In this document: piece by piece, positions 22,304 to 34,684 of the stretch
Layout of the letters: every line of letters begins with the position of its first letter
Position numbering within the stretch: the stretch's first letter is position 1
NCBI RefSeq assembly: GCF_032444005.1
Contig: NC_091285.1
Span: forward strand, 54,932,001-54,996,000
Length of the DNA: 64,000 nucleotides
Direction of reading: 5' to 3'
Source of the DNA: Ranitomeya imitator
Lineage: Eukaryota
The notes under the pieces: model-generated
Told to the model about the DNA's origin: nothing
What the model saw: the letters and a program-made list of their open reading frames with translations, nothing else
The model's database searches: none
Position numbers and translations under genes: made by a program

Positions 22304-22729
22304 AAAAATGTAGGTTCTACCAGCAAACGTTCCTCAAGAAATATTATAACGGTAAATAGTACAACCAGAATGTAGACAGAATCTAGACAATATATAAAGT
22401 AGAACGATCAAACAGGGGGCACAACATATATGTAGATCTCTTTGTCATTGGGATTCTACATAATACTTTGTTGTGCCACCTGTTTGATTGTTCTACTTTA
22501 TATATTGTCTAGATTCTGTCTACATTCTGGTTGTACTAATTACCATTTGTACTGCCTCATCTATTTATTATTTGTTATTTTTTTAATATTAAATCTAATT
22601 GTGAATTTTTGTTTTACTATTTGTATCCCAGTCCCAAGAAGGTCTGAGTCAAGACCGAAACGTAACATAACCATTGGGATTGTTATACTTCAAATAAATG
22701 TAACTTGATGCTGATTTTTGAGCGTCAGA

Positions 22730-23250
22730 ATTTTCTTAAAAGTATTTGCTAGGATTGGTATCCTTTCTCTGTGCACCATATTGTGGTCTACGGAGTGAGG
22801 TGTATCATAATAGATCGCTATCTTGTTATAGCCTTCTCCTGCTTTATAGGCCTCTACCACTTTCATGCTTGCTTAGAAGAACCCATGGCTGCTGTTTTTT
22901 GGCACAAGATTGCAGGAGGTTTTATAAAGCTTGGAAATCTGCATCACTGGGCCTTTCCTTATGATCATAGTGAACAAGCCATAACCCTAACAGGCTAATT
23001 AGGGACTGAAACCTTGGTCAAAGTTGTTTAAGCACACAAATTTCCAAGGGTGCCCAAACGTTTGCATCGGCCCATTTTCCTTTTTGACATTTTTTAAATG
23101 TAAGTAATTGCAATATGTTTTTCTATTTTTTCCTAAAATACAAATAAAATTTGTCATCTTTAACTTTTGCCCTTTTAGAGATCATTTCATCTTCAACTTT
23201 TTTAACTGTTTAAAATAACAGTAGTTTTGAATTAAACTTTTACATGCCAC
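22730..23250 (-). mobile_element. Truncated Tc1-like fragment (5' end and start of transposase)
   Basis: Minus strand has a gcaaacgtttgggcaccc TIR-like segment, then an ATG at 22886 with decayed MGSSKQ...VVEAYKAGEGY-type coding. Confidence 0.55.
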
Positions 23251-23807
23251 TTTAGATAGTTTTATTCACATAATTCATAAAGCAATTGATATAGCCCTAG
23301 AAAACAGTTCAACAGCAATTAGTTCCTCTCCTAAGTCCGCCATACTCTCTTTAAACAGCAGATACATAATCATCTACAGGACACTACAGGATCAGAAATA
23401 TTTAATAAACCAGTCACTCTTAGTAGTAAAATTACTGAACTTTATCTCCATATATTTTCATTCCATATCCAATGTACACAGAACTTCAGCATCACTGTTG
23501 TACTGCTGCCTGATTCAATGAAGCCCTCTGTTATGCAAAGTTTTGGCTGATCAAAGCTTCTTGCTCTTACACATAAGCCACATATACATTAAAACAAATG
23601 CTTACACATTTTCATTTCATCTCTAAGTAGAACCTGAGTTGTGAAATTAATGTATCGTATGTGATTGGGTTTTGCATCATCTTGGTGTAGTTTTACTGTT
23701 TTAATAGTTCATATAACATTTTATAAACTCTTTGCCTATGAACATTAAATAAAATAGACTAAAACCAGTTCTACGGTTTTTCAAACTAAGTGAAAAATAT
23801 ATCTTAC

Positions 23808-26213
23808 CTGTGTAACTTGTTCAGTAGACACATTGCCACCGACAATGACAGAGTCACCAGTATCTATGAGATTCTCTGTGGGGACGTTCTGCACTGGTTT
23901 CAGATAAGCGATTTCATTCTGCTTGGAGTCCAGAGTCACACACACATCATATGAGAATGGGAAAGGTAAACTGGTATCACTGATCTCAGAAGGACATCCC
24001 AGGGTGAACTGAGGATACACGTTTCTACTGTAAGGCCCAAATGATGGTGGCATACTTGACTTCCGACACTTAATAATAACTGCAATCAATACTGTTATAA
24101 TGAACAATAAGGAAATCAGAGATATGGCGATTACAAGGTAGAAGGTAGCATTAGAAGGAATACTTGATGTACTTGGATGACGCTTTATCTCTGGTAAAAC
24201 TTGCTGAAAGGTTTCTGCCATGACTAAAGTTATAGAGACTGTAGATGACAGAGATGGAACACCATTATCTTTAACCAGAACCACAACTTTTTGCCTCAAA
24301 GACTCTATATCTGGAAGATCTTGTCCAATCCTGATTTCCCCAGTATATTGACCAATGGTGAATAATGAAGGATCGGGAACTTGTAGTAAGTGATAGGAGA
24401 GCCAGGCATTGTGTCCAGAGTCAGCGTCCACTGCAATCACTTTGGTGACTAGATAACCTTTCTCAGCAGAGTGAGGAATAAACTCAAATAATGCTGATCC
24501 CTCAGTGTCTGGTGATGGGTAGAGGATCTTCGGAGCATTATCATTCTTATCAATGATGCATATCCTCACCGTGACATTACTGCTTAGAGCAGGAGATCCA
24601 CTGTCTTTAGCCATCACCTGGAACTGAAATTCCCGCAACTGTTCATAGTCAAATAATCTCTGGGCGTAGAGAACTCCAGTCATTGAGTTTATGGAAACAT
24701 AAGAAGATACCGGAATATTATCTATATCTATATTTAATATGGAATATATTATCCGAGCATTTTCACTGTCATCTGGGTCTGATGCATGGACACGAAGCAC
24801 TGAAGCTCCCGCTGTGGTTTGCTCCAAAATGTAAGCAGTATAAACAGATTTTTCAAAATTTGGTGAATTGTCATTGGTATCTGAAACAATTATATGTACT
24901 GTTTTCTTTGTGAGCATTGGAGGAGATCCTTCATCCTCAGCAATGATTGTGATGTTATAGGTAGATATTTTCTCTCTATCAAAGTACGCTGCTGTCACAA
25001 GTTTGTAGTAATTATTAGATGATGGAATCAATGTAAATGTAATAGTTTCTGATATTTGACACGTAACATCACCATTTTTCCCAGAATCTAAATCCTTAAC
25101 ATGAATTAATGCCACAAGTGTCCCGGGTACCGAATCCTCTGGAATAGGTGTTGATAGTGAAGCGAGCATTACTTCTGGGGCATTATCATTGACATCGTCA
25201 ATCTGTATTATTAGAGTACATTTGGCAAGAAGTCCTCCACCATCTGTAGCTTTGACAGTCATCTGGTAAGTTTTCGTTATTTCATAATCCAGTTCTCCTT
25301 TTGTGTTAATGGCTCCAGATTGAGAATCCAAAATAAAAACATCAAGTGCTTTTTCAGGAATATGATTAAATGAATATGTAACTTCCCCATTGGATCCTTC
25401 ATCTTTGTCTGTGGCATTGAGTTGAAGGACAAGAGAACCAAGTGGAGAATTTTCACTTAAATGGATTCTATAAGTATCTTGACTAAAAACAGGATAATTG
25501 TCATTTGCGTCTTGTACAACAATTGTAATGCATGCAGTTCCAGTTTTCAGAGGTTTTCCACCATCAGATGCCGTTAGAATTAATGTATATTGTTTTTGCT
25601 TTTCACGATCCAGACTTTGTTCCAAGATCAGCTCAGGATGTTTTGTTCCTTCGCTGTCAGTTTTTTCCAATAAGGAGAAATATGAATTTGAGCTCAAAGT
25701 ATAGCTCTGTAAGGAATTAGTGCCAATATCTGGATCAAGCGCATTTCCCAAAATAAAACTTGAACCGGGAGAAGCGGACTCGCTTATTCTCAGCTCCAAC
25801 ACATCGTGAGAAAATGTTGGTGAATTATCATTAATATCTTGGATTTCAATCTTGACCGGATAAACATTCACAGGATTTTCAGCCAGAATCTCAAGGTCCA
25901 TGATGCAGATCTGCTCGGACCCGCACAGCTCTTCTCTATCTATCCGGTCACTTACATATAAGTTTCCATTTTCTAAACTCACGTTGAAATAATTCCTGTT
26001 ATTATGAGAAACAATTCTTAACTTTCTGATTTCTAATTCATTGGTAGTTAATCCCAAATCTTTCACTAAATTCCCAACTGCAGCATTTATCTTCATCTCT
26101 TCTGGAATCGAATAGTGGAGTGGATTAGAAGCAGCCACAGAAAATAAAGTAAAGCAGAGAAATAATACTTGCCAAGCCATGCTGTCTATAGAAGAGGAGT
26201 CTTCACTTTCCAT
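23808..26213 (-). CDS. pcdhg: Clustered protocadherin (gamma-like) variable exon C
   Basis: ATG at 26213 (MESEDSS), second in-frame ATG at 26180; EC1-6, TM, cytoplasmic segment; donor CAG|GTAAGA at 23808/23807. Confidence 0.95.
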
Positions 26214-26383
26214 AAGAATCCAAGGAAAACTGTAATGTTTAATCCTGAATTATAGGAAGAAAAGTGTCCACATACAAAGAGCAGGAGTGGGAATGCCACT
26301 ATCCTTGTCTAGGGTCTGCTGTGTATGAATATAGTAAGTATCCGCAGCTCCACACAGAATATTCCGCTTCTCTGCCATCTTAT

Positions 26384-26403
26384 CCAACACTGACATCATG
26401 AGG
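26384..26403 (-). promoter_or_regulatory. CSE/CTCF-like promoter motif of exon C
   Basis: CCTCATGATGTCAGTGTTGG. Confidence 0.72.
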
Positions 26404-27689
26404 CGAAATGTAAGAATTACAAATCCATTTTTATAAAACTAAGAATATTCTTATATTAGATTACTCTTTTAACTTGTTAGTTTATAAATTGAAAAAAACG
26501 TAGCAAATAACAAAATTATATGTTTTAACTATTTTTGAATAGACAGTTCCAATGATTCTGTGATTCTTAAGTTGTATCTATGCAAAAAACAAATAATTGT
26601 ATATATTAAAAAAAATGTATCAATTTATGTATTACACCCTGACATAGAGTAAGAACTGGCACATCCATAGAAGTCACCAGAATAACACAATGCTCAAAAG
26701 TGTTAAAGTGCCGTATTGGATAAAAAGGCTTGAAAGAATACTTACCAAGTAATGAACAATTTTCAGGAGAAAGACAACAATATTACCTCTGTAACAAAAT
26801 CTACCTAAAGTGCACAGATAATAGTGCAATGTAATGGCCTGAAAAAAAATCCATTTCATTATTTACATTATTTGAAGCTTTAATATCCATAAAAGATAAA
26901 TAAAATGGACATTTAATAGTGAAAGAAGTGTTAGAAGGTCCTATACATCTTTGCAAAAAAAAGGTCTAATATCAAAAAGTAATATTGCACTAGGACTTGA
27001 TTTAAAAACTGATTTTTTTAATACGGCATCTGTGTAGACAAACAACAAACCTCATTCAACCTCACTTTGCAGTCTTGGGTTGGTTTTTATGACCATGTAT
27101 ATTTCTATTTAGTAGCCTACACAATGTGTGTTAGTATAAAGTTGGGGACAGATGGGAGAATGCACGACTTTCTCAATATTCAGGGTTTGGAAGACCTTAT
27201 TGCTACCAATTCATCAATCTGCCCTTTAATTTCCAAGTAAAGCTTATATCACCAGCTTACATATTGTTTTCAGAATGTATATACATTTTTTAACTATAAA
27301 ACAAAACATTGTACATACCAAGTGTATTTTGTTTAGTATGATGCAGGGAATGTAACAGCCATTTTGTGGTGAATCAGGATAGTGAGAGAACATCCTAGCT
27401 TACAGCTAAGCCATAGAAAGAGGGAGAGAAAGCTACAAAATACTGACTAAACATTACAGATAGTGTCTGGCAGCCAAGCAGTGAAGAACAGTAACAATCG
27501 GTTTACCCATAGGTCACTTTGATATTATTTTGGTTGTGTTTGTATTAAAGAACTTAAAGGGAATCTGATAGTGGTAAAAATCCTTTTTTGAAGATGTCCA
27601 CCACATTAGCTTTGCACCAGTCACTGGGTACAGTACCAGCAATAACTGAAATCTTGGATGCAGCACATCCGGGCCCAAGTCCTTGTTCA

Positions 27690-27949
27690 TGTGGTTAGCA
27701 CTGCAGCCTTGCAGCGCTGGAGTCCTGGGTTCAAACCCCCCGAGGACAACATCTGCAAGGAGTGTGTATGTTGTCCCCGTGTTTGCGTGGGTTTCCTCTA
27801 TGTTCTTTGGTTTCCTCCCACATTGAAAAGACATACTGATAGGGAATTTAGATTGTGAGCCCCATCGGGGACAGCGATGATTATATGTGTAAACTGTAAA
27901 GTGCTGCAGAATATGTTAGCGCTATATAAAAATAAAGATTATTATTATT
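27690..27949 (+). mobile_element. tRNA-derived SINE (V-SINE-like), 5' truncated
   Basis: A-box remnant tggttagc, B-box gggttcaaacc (27727-27737), gggtttcctc...ggtttcctcccaca core, tail gcgctatataaaaataaag(att)n. Confidence 0.75.
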
Positions 27950-28894
27950 CTTATTGTTCTTATTTAGCTCCACTAAGGTTCCTGTAAACCACTGTAAAAC
28001 ATGGACACCGTGATGGCACAGGAGTTGTATTTTACAACCTCTATCATACACCCCATTCATACAGCAGCCACCAAAGATAACTGTAATTCTATCTCTTTAA
28101 CAAGTTAGTTGCCTTGGCCAATTCTGACCACTGCATCTATGTGGTTAGATAAAGAGGTCTCCATTTATCACCCGGTTGGCTCCCAGTGACAGAACTGCAG
28201 GATCCCACTGGGCTTCTGCTGCATAAGTCCACCATCTTTATACCCAAAGTAGGCTCTGTCAGATGTTGACATTACCATCAAGGCTTCATACGGTCAAATG
28301 AAAGCAATTTAATCAACTATAAATATTTTATAGCAGCATCCATAACGACCATAATTATACAATTAACACATTATTTATCCCACATAATGACTGATGTAAT
28401 TAAAAAATAATCAAAATTGCTATTTTTTATTCATATCACTTGAATAAAACAGAACTAAAAATTATTTAAAAAGTTATACAGTATGCACCTCAAAATAATA
28501 CCAATGACAAAAATACTTTTCCTCTTGGAACGCAATGAAATGTAAACAAATTATTGAGTAAAAACTACTGACGTAATTATAAGGCACCAAAGAATTTAAC
28601 CCTTGGAAAGTTTTCATTTTTTTGCTTACATTTTTCTCTACCCCTTTTTTCAAGAGGCATAACTTTTTTTTCCCCCAACATAGCCATATGAGGGTTTTTT
28701 TTCTCTGCGGGTCAAGTTGAAATTTTGAAATACAGCAATCAGTTTACCATATCATCAACTGGAAAATTCTAAGTTAATTTTTGTATTTTGTTTTTACAAT
28801 GTTCAAAGTGCAATTGAGAATAGTGGTAAAACATTAATCTCCAGGTTAGAATAATTATGGCGATATCAAGAATGTTTAGGTTTTTTGTTGACTC

Positions 28895-29340
28895 TAAGGA
28901 GTTTTCCCACTGACAACATTCATTTTTATTAATAGATCTTGGCACAAAAATAAGTTCCGCAATTGGATGTGTTATAAAAAATTTTCCTGTGCTGAGATAA
29001 TCTTATAAATGTGCCCCTGCTGTGTACTGTGTAAAGCCTGTGTCTGACCGTACAGGGACATGGTCTGATCATACCACAGCTCCTGGGCAGGGGAGGAAGC
29101 AAAAGAGTTTATACAGACTGGACAGTAGGGGAGGAATCAAAAAAGTATACAGACAAGACAGCATGGAATCACAGCTGATTCTTTCTGTGAGGTAAAACAT
29201 GTCCCTGACTGTAGTAGAACAAGCAGTAAATGCTTTACCTCACATAAAGAATCAGCTGTGATCCCATGCTGTCTTGTCTGTAAACTCTCTTTTGCTTCTT
29301 CCCTTGCCCAAGAGCTGTGGTATGATCAGACCATATTCCT
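28895..29340. mobile_element. Palindromic MITE remnant (T2/Kolobok-like)
   Basis: Inverted arms catggtctgatcataccacagctc... (~29058) and ...gagctgtggtatgatcagaccat (~29335), centred near 29210. The family assignment is tentative. Confidence 0.55.
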
Positions 29341-30132
29341 ACATGTTTTTTAACATTGTTAATAGCAAGAAGAATCCCTCATGCCACCTGTGGAACATCT
29401 ATACTGATCCTATAGGACCAATTTTTTACAGTTTTCTCTGAGTTTTATCATTCAGCATATTTCCCATTCCTGGATTTATTTACATATATTTATCAATTAT
29501 CCCCACACATTGAAACTATGCACATGATTTATCCATATTGCCTTAGCTGAAAGGGGCTTCCAAATTTAAGTGCCAACTGGACATCCCTTCATATCTACAT
29601 TTGTGCAATATTTCTCCTCAAACTACCTGTCAGTAAAGTAGCGATAGCGCACAGATATTGCCTTTTCATAAGCTATGTTATTAAACAGCAAATGGAACTA
29701 TAGACAACATAGAAACACTATGGAGTCAATTCAGTAATATTTTAGGACATAAAATGACCTTAGCGAGTCATAATAATTTTGCGCAATTTGGAAGTTGCGC
29801 AAAATATTGCAACATTTGGCGATTACGAGTCAGTCTCTAGTAGCTATGCTAACATAAGAGTAACATGGGCGCCAGTCAAATTCATGAAAAGTTAAAACTT
29901 CAGAAATGTACTCCGAGCCTTGACTGGATTACATTTCCAGTGGGGGCACATGCCGTAAAATAAATGCGCACAATTCATTAAAGAAGTTTGAGTCGCTTAA
30001 TGAATTCAGTGCACTGTACTCAAGCAAGCCCCATTATTAATATTGGCATGCACAAGTCCAGTCTTAATGAATTGTCCCCTAAGAGTGAATTTATAATAAT
30101 ATAATTTTCAAACATAATTTTCTGCTTCCTAC

Positions 30133-32514
30133 CTGGATATTGTTGCTTGAAGGCAAACTGACATTTACAGAATCAGTTCCAGGAGCTGCAACTTCGGTGT
30201 CTATGAGATTCTCTGTGGGGACGTTCTGCACTGGTTTCAGATAAGCGATTTCATTCTGCTTGGAGTCCAGAGTCACACACACATCATATGAGAATGGGAA
30301 AGGTAAACTGGTATCACTGATCTCAGAAGGACATCCCAGGGTGAACTGAGGATACACATTTCTATTGAAAGCATCAAAGGATGTTGGACTGTGAGTTTTT
30401 CTGCATTTAGCGATGACTGTGATTAACACTGTGACAATGAATAGCAGAGAGATCAGGCCTATAGCTATTACAAGGTGGAATGTGGTATTGGAGACAGTTG
30501 CTGAGTTATTGGGTTGTCTCCTTATTTCTGGCACAACTTGCTGAAAATTGTCAGCCACAACTAAGTTCAAAGTGACTGTAGATGACAGAGCTGGGACTCC
30601 ATTATCTTTCACCAGAACCACAAGTTTTTGTCTTAAAGACTCTGTATCTTGAAGATCTCGTCCAATCCTGATTTCCCCAGTATATTGGCCAATGGTGAAT
30701 AATGAAGGATCGGGAACTTGTAGTAAGTGATAGGAGAGCCAGGAGTTGTGTCCAGAGTCAGCGTCCACTGCAATCACTTTGGTGACTAGATAACCTTTCT
30801 CAGCAGAGTGAGGAATAAACTCAAATAATGCTGATCCCTCAGTGTCTGGTGATGGGTAGAGGATCTTCGGAGCATTATCATTCTTATCAATGATACATAT
30901 CCTCACTGTGACATTACTGCTTAGAGGAGGAGATCCACTGTCTTTAGCCATCACCTGGAACTGAAATTCCCGCAACTGTTCATAGTCAAAGGATCTCTGG
31001 GCATACAGAACTCCGGTCATTGAGTTTATGGAAACATAAGATGTCACTGGGATGTCATCAATATTTCTGTTGATAATAGTATACATGACCCTAGCGTTCT
31101 CATTTTCATCCAGGTCAGATGCATGAATATTCTGTATTGATGTTCCTGCTGGAATGTGCTCTGGAATGTAGGAAATATAAAGGGGTTTATCAAAGACTGG
31201 TTCATTATCATTCACATCCGAGACAGAAATGTGAACTGTTTTCTTAGTGACCATTGGAGGAGAGCCTTCATCTTCTGCTATGATTGTGATGTTGTATGCT
31301 GACATAATCTCTCTGTCAAGTTCTCCTGCAGTTACAAGCTTGAAATAATTATTAGATGATGGAACTAGTTTGAGTGTCTTTATTTCGGTTATTTCACAGT
31401 TCACCTCTCCATATTTTCCTGAATCCAAATCCTTTACATTAATTAAAGCCACAAGAGTCCCAAGTCCAGAGTCCTCTGGAATTGGAGTAGACAGTGACGC
31501 AATCGTTATCTCAGGAGCATTGTCATTGACATCCATAATATTTATTAAGACAGAACTTTGTGCAATTAGTCCTCCACCATCAGAGGCTTCTACTGTAATT
31601 TCATAAGTTTGAGTTGTTTCAAAGTCCAGCTCACCTTTGGTCTTGATGATCCCAGTTTGAGAATCCATAGTGAACACTTTTAGAGCATTTTCCGGGATAT
31701 GACTAAACGAATATGAAATTTCTGCATTGGATCCTTCATCTTTATCAGTAGCATTTAGATGAACAACTAGATAATTGATTGGTAAGTTTTCATCTAAACT
31801 CACTTCATAATTATTTTGACTGAATACTGGATAATTGTCATTAGCATCCTGAACCAAAACCCTGACTACTGCTGTTCCAGATCTCATAGGTTTTCCTCCA
31901 TCAAAAGCAGTCAATGTCAGTTCATATTTTTGCTGCATCTCACGATCTAATGATTGCACTAAGCTGAGTTCTGGATATTCCCTTTGTGATTCAGATTTTT
32001 CTACCAATGAAAAATATGGATTGGGAGTAAGATTATAATTATGTAAAGAATTAGATCCTAAATCTGGATCTCGAGCATTCCCAAGAACAAACCGTGCTCC
32101 AGGCAAGGCAGATTCACTGATCCGCACAGTAAAGCTATCCTTTGAAAAACTTGGCGGGTTGTCATTTATATCTTGGATTTCAATTTTTAAAGGAAAAACA
32201 TTTACTGGATTTTCCGCCAAGATTTCAAGATCTAGAAAGCAGCTCGGCTCTGCCCCACAGATCTCCTCCCTGTCTATCCTGTCACTGACATATAAATTAC
32301 CATTTTCTGCGCTGATATTGAAATAATTTCTGCTGTGATGAGAAACAATCCTTAACTTTCTCATTTTAAGGTTACTACTGTCCAATCCTAAATCTTCTGC
32401 AACGTTCCCAATGATAGAATTTAGCTTCAGCTCCTCTAGAATTGAGTAGTAGAACTGATTAGGAGCAGCCATAGAAAAGAAACCAAAGTAGAAGAATAGT
32501 ACTTGCCAAGCCAT
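30133..32514 (-). CDS. pcdhg: Clustered protocadherin (gamma-like) variable exon D
   Basis: ATG at 32514; EC1-6, TM, cytoplasmic segment; donor CAG|GTAGGA at 30133/30132. Confidence 0.95.
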
Positions 32515-32721
32515 GTCCTGGGTATAGTAAAAAGCCGAATTCTTGCAATTGTTTTCTTAGCATCCAAATAAAGATTAAAATTGGAGGTTATTATCCAACA
32601 CACAAAATAATGGAGATCTTCAAGAACATAGCCTTGCTTCTTGTCCAGATCTGCAATTTCTGTGTATTAAAAAAATATCACTAGCGCCTCATGCTGTTAG
32701 AACGTTTCTGTAAAGTGTTAG

Positions 32722-32741
32722 GCAACAGCACCATCATGAGG
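32722..32741 (-). promoter_or_regulatory. CSE/CTCF-like promoter motif of exon D
   Basis: CCTCATGATGGTGCTGTTGC. Confidence 0.72.
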
Positions 32742-34684
32742 ATATATTCAGGTACTACAAATAAACTGTATAAAATGGGAACCATTACAATATTTAGAAA
32801 ATATTTATAATCAATGTACTTATTTATAGAATATTAGCAATCAAATTAGAAATAATTATTATATGTATTTGAAAATCTTTGAACCTTCAATATGTTAGCG
32901 TTAGTGAAATGTTATTGGTGTAAATAAACTAATACATATGTTTTAGACATATTTCTTAATTTTCACTAATTATAAACAAATATTAATAAAACACATAATA
33001 AAAAAAATTGTTAAATATGTGCTGCACTGGAGGTATAAAATGTCATCTGAAATATAAAGGACTGTGTTTGCTTTTTATTCCTTTATATTTATATTCCTTT
33101 ATTCATTTACCGTATATTTCCTGCCTCATATTTATTGGTCAATACTCAGGCATAACCTTTTATAATATCTTATTATACAATAGATTCAGCAAAGTTTTAT
33201 GACTTCAGTATTAATGAAAGGCACAAAGGGAGTGTGGACACAGTATTACACAATGAATCCAATTTATTGTAAATCACCTAGTTAGGATTTATTGATATAA
33301 CCTAGAAAAATTAAATTAGATATCGAAAACACCTAAATTAGGCTTTATTTTACAGATATCTAATAATATATTTCTTGCTGTTTTACATATTTTAGCAAAT
33401 ATTTTTTATGGTATGTGTTATGGACGGTAAACAAATGCTTTTATTTCTTATTAGAAGAAGCTCCAGAGGCAGACAAAAGTTTATTGAGGATCTTTCGAAA
33501 AAAATATGAAATCAAATATATTGAATAGCAAGTAGAATTTTAGCCTTAATTACTATATTACTATTTACTATTTTACTACTACTATTTTCAACAATTGATA
33601 CTATAGATATTTCCTTTTGCTCGTATAAGACATATATATCTATGAAATGGAAGAGAACGCTTGTAAAATAAGAATGAGGACAACACAAACTAACAAGTAG
33701 TTATTGGTCACACAATTTAAGTCTTACTTGTGAGCCCCAACAAGCGCAAACACAAACATTATGAATAGGCAATGCACGCACACATTGCTGACATAGAAAA
33801 ATGTGATTCATATAACTGTCTTGAACTGTAAAAGTTTAATGGGGTATTCTCATACTGTCTCCAGCCAAGTAATTTCTATAGAGCAGTCAGCAGCTCGCCT
33901 TCCTCAATCTCAGCTCCTGACCAAGGTGCTCTTATCAGTCTTGAGGAATCAGAATCTCACTTCGCACAATATCGTCAGTTTCCAGAGTTGCTCTGCACTT
34001 GAACTAGGTCACTCTGTAATGACTCTACGTAAGAGTTTCACTTTTTGCATTCAAGAACTGAAATAAATTAACTTTTTAATGATATTCTAGTTTTGTGAGA
34101 AGCACCTGTATAAGATTATCTCAGCAAAGAAACATTTATTTTAAAAACATCCAATTGTGCAAATTGTTATTTGTCAAAAGTCTGTTGATTAAAATGTGTA
34201 TTAAAAATAACTTTGTTGGTGGTAAAACCCTTTAAGGCTAAACAAACTGCACAATTCGAACTACAAAGCTATGAAAACGATTTTGATCTCCCCATAATAG
34301 GGGGAAAAAATTCATATCTCCAAATATAAAAATCAGTAATAAATTCCTGCATCAACACCCAATCTCTTTCAATCTAGTAACTCCATCTTGTGATAATATA
34401 GTTTTTACAAAGCCATCTAGTCCACTCTTGAACTTTGTCAATAAATCTATATTTACAAACTTGTGCTTCAGAAAGTCTCACTTAACTTTCTGTATAGAGT
34501 AAAAGGGTTACTTCCTAAAAAAAAAAAAAAAAAAAATGGCTGATTGCTAGGGTTCCAATTGTTCAGACCCCGATGTTCTCAAGATCTGAGCTCTGGAACC
34601 AAAAGAACGAGGAACTCTGCAGCTCCATCCTAACTGGATCAAAAGAACATGTGCTCAGCCTTTGAACAATTCATTGTCTATGGG

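Noticed and set aside
27690-27760. tRNA gene
   Set aside because: Only A/B-box remnants followed by a SINE body; no full cloverleaf.
33830-34520. Possible Tc1 end (~34030-34111) and CR1-like remnant (~34330-34500)
   Set aside because: Too degenerate to delimit or classify by eye.
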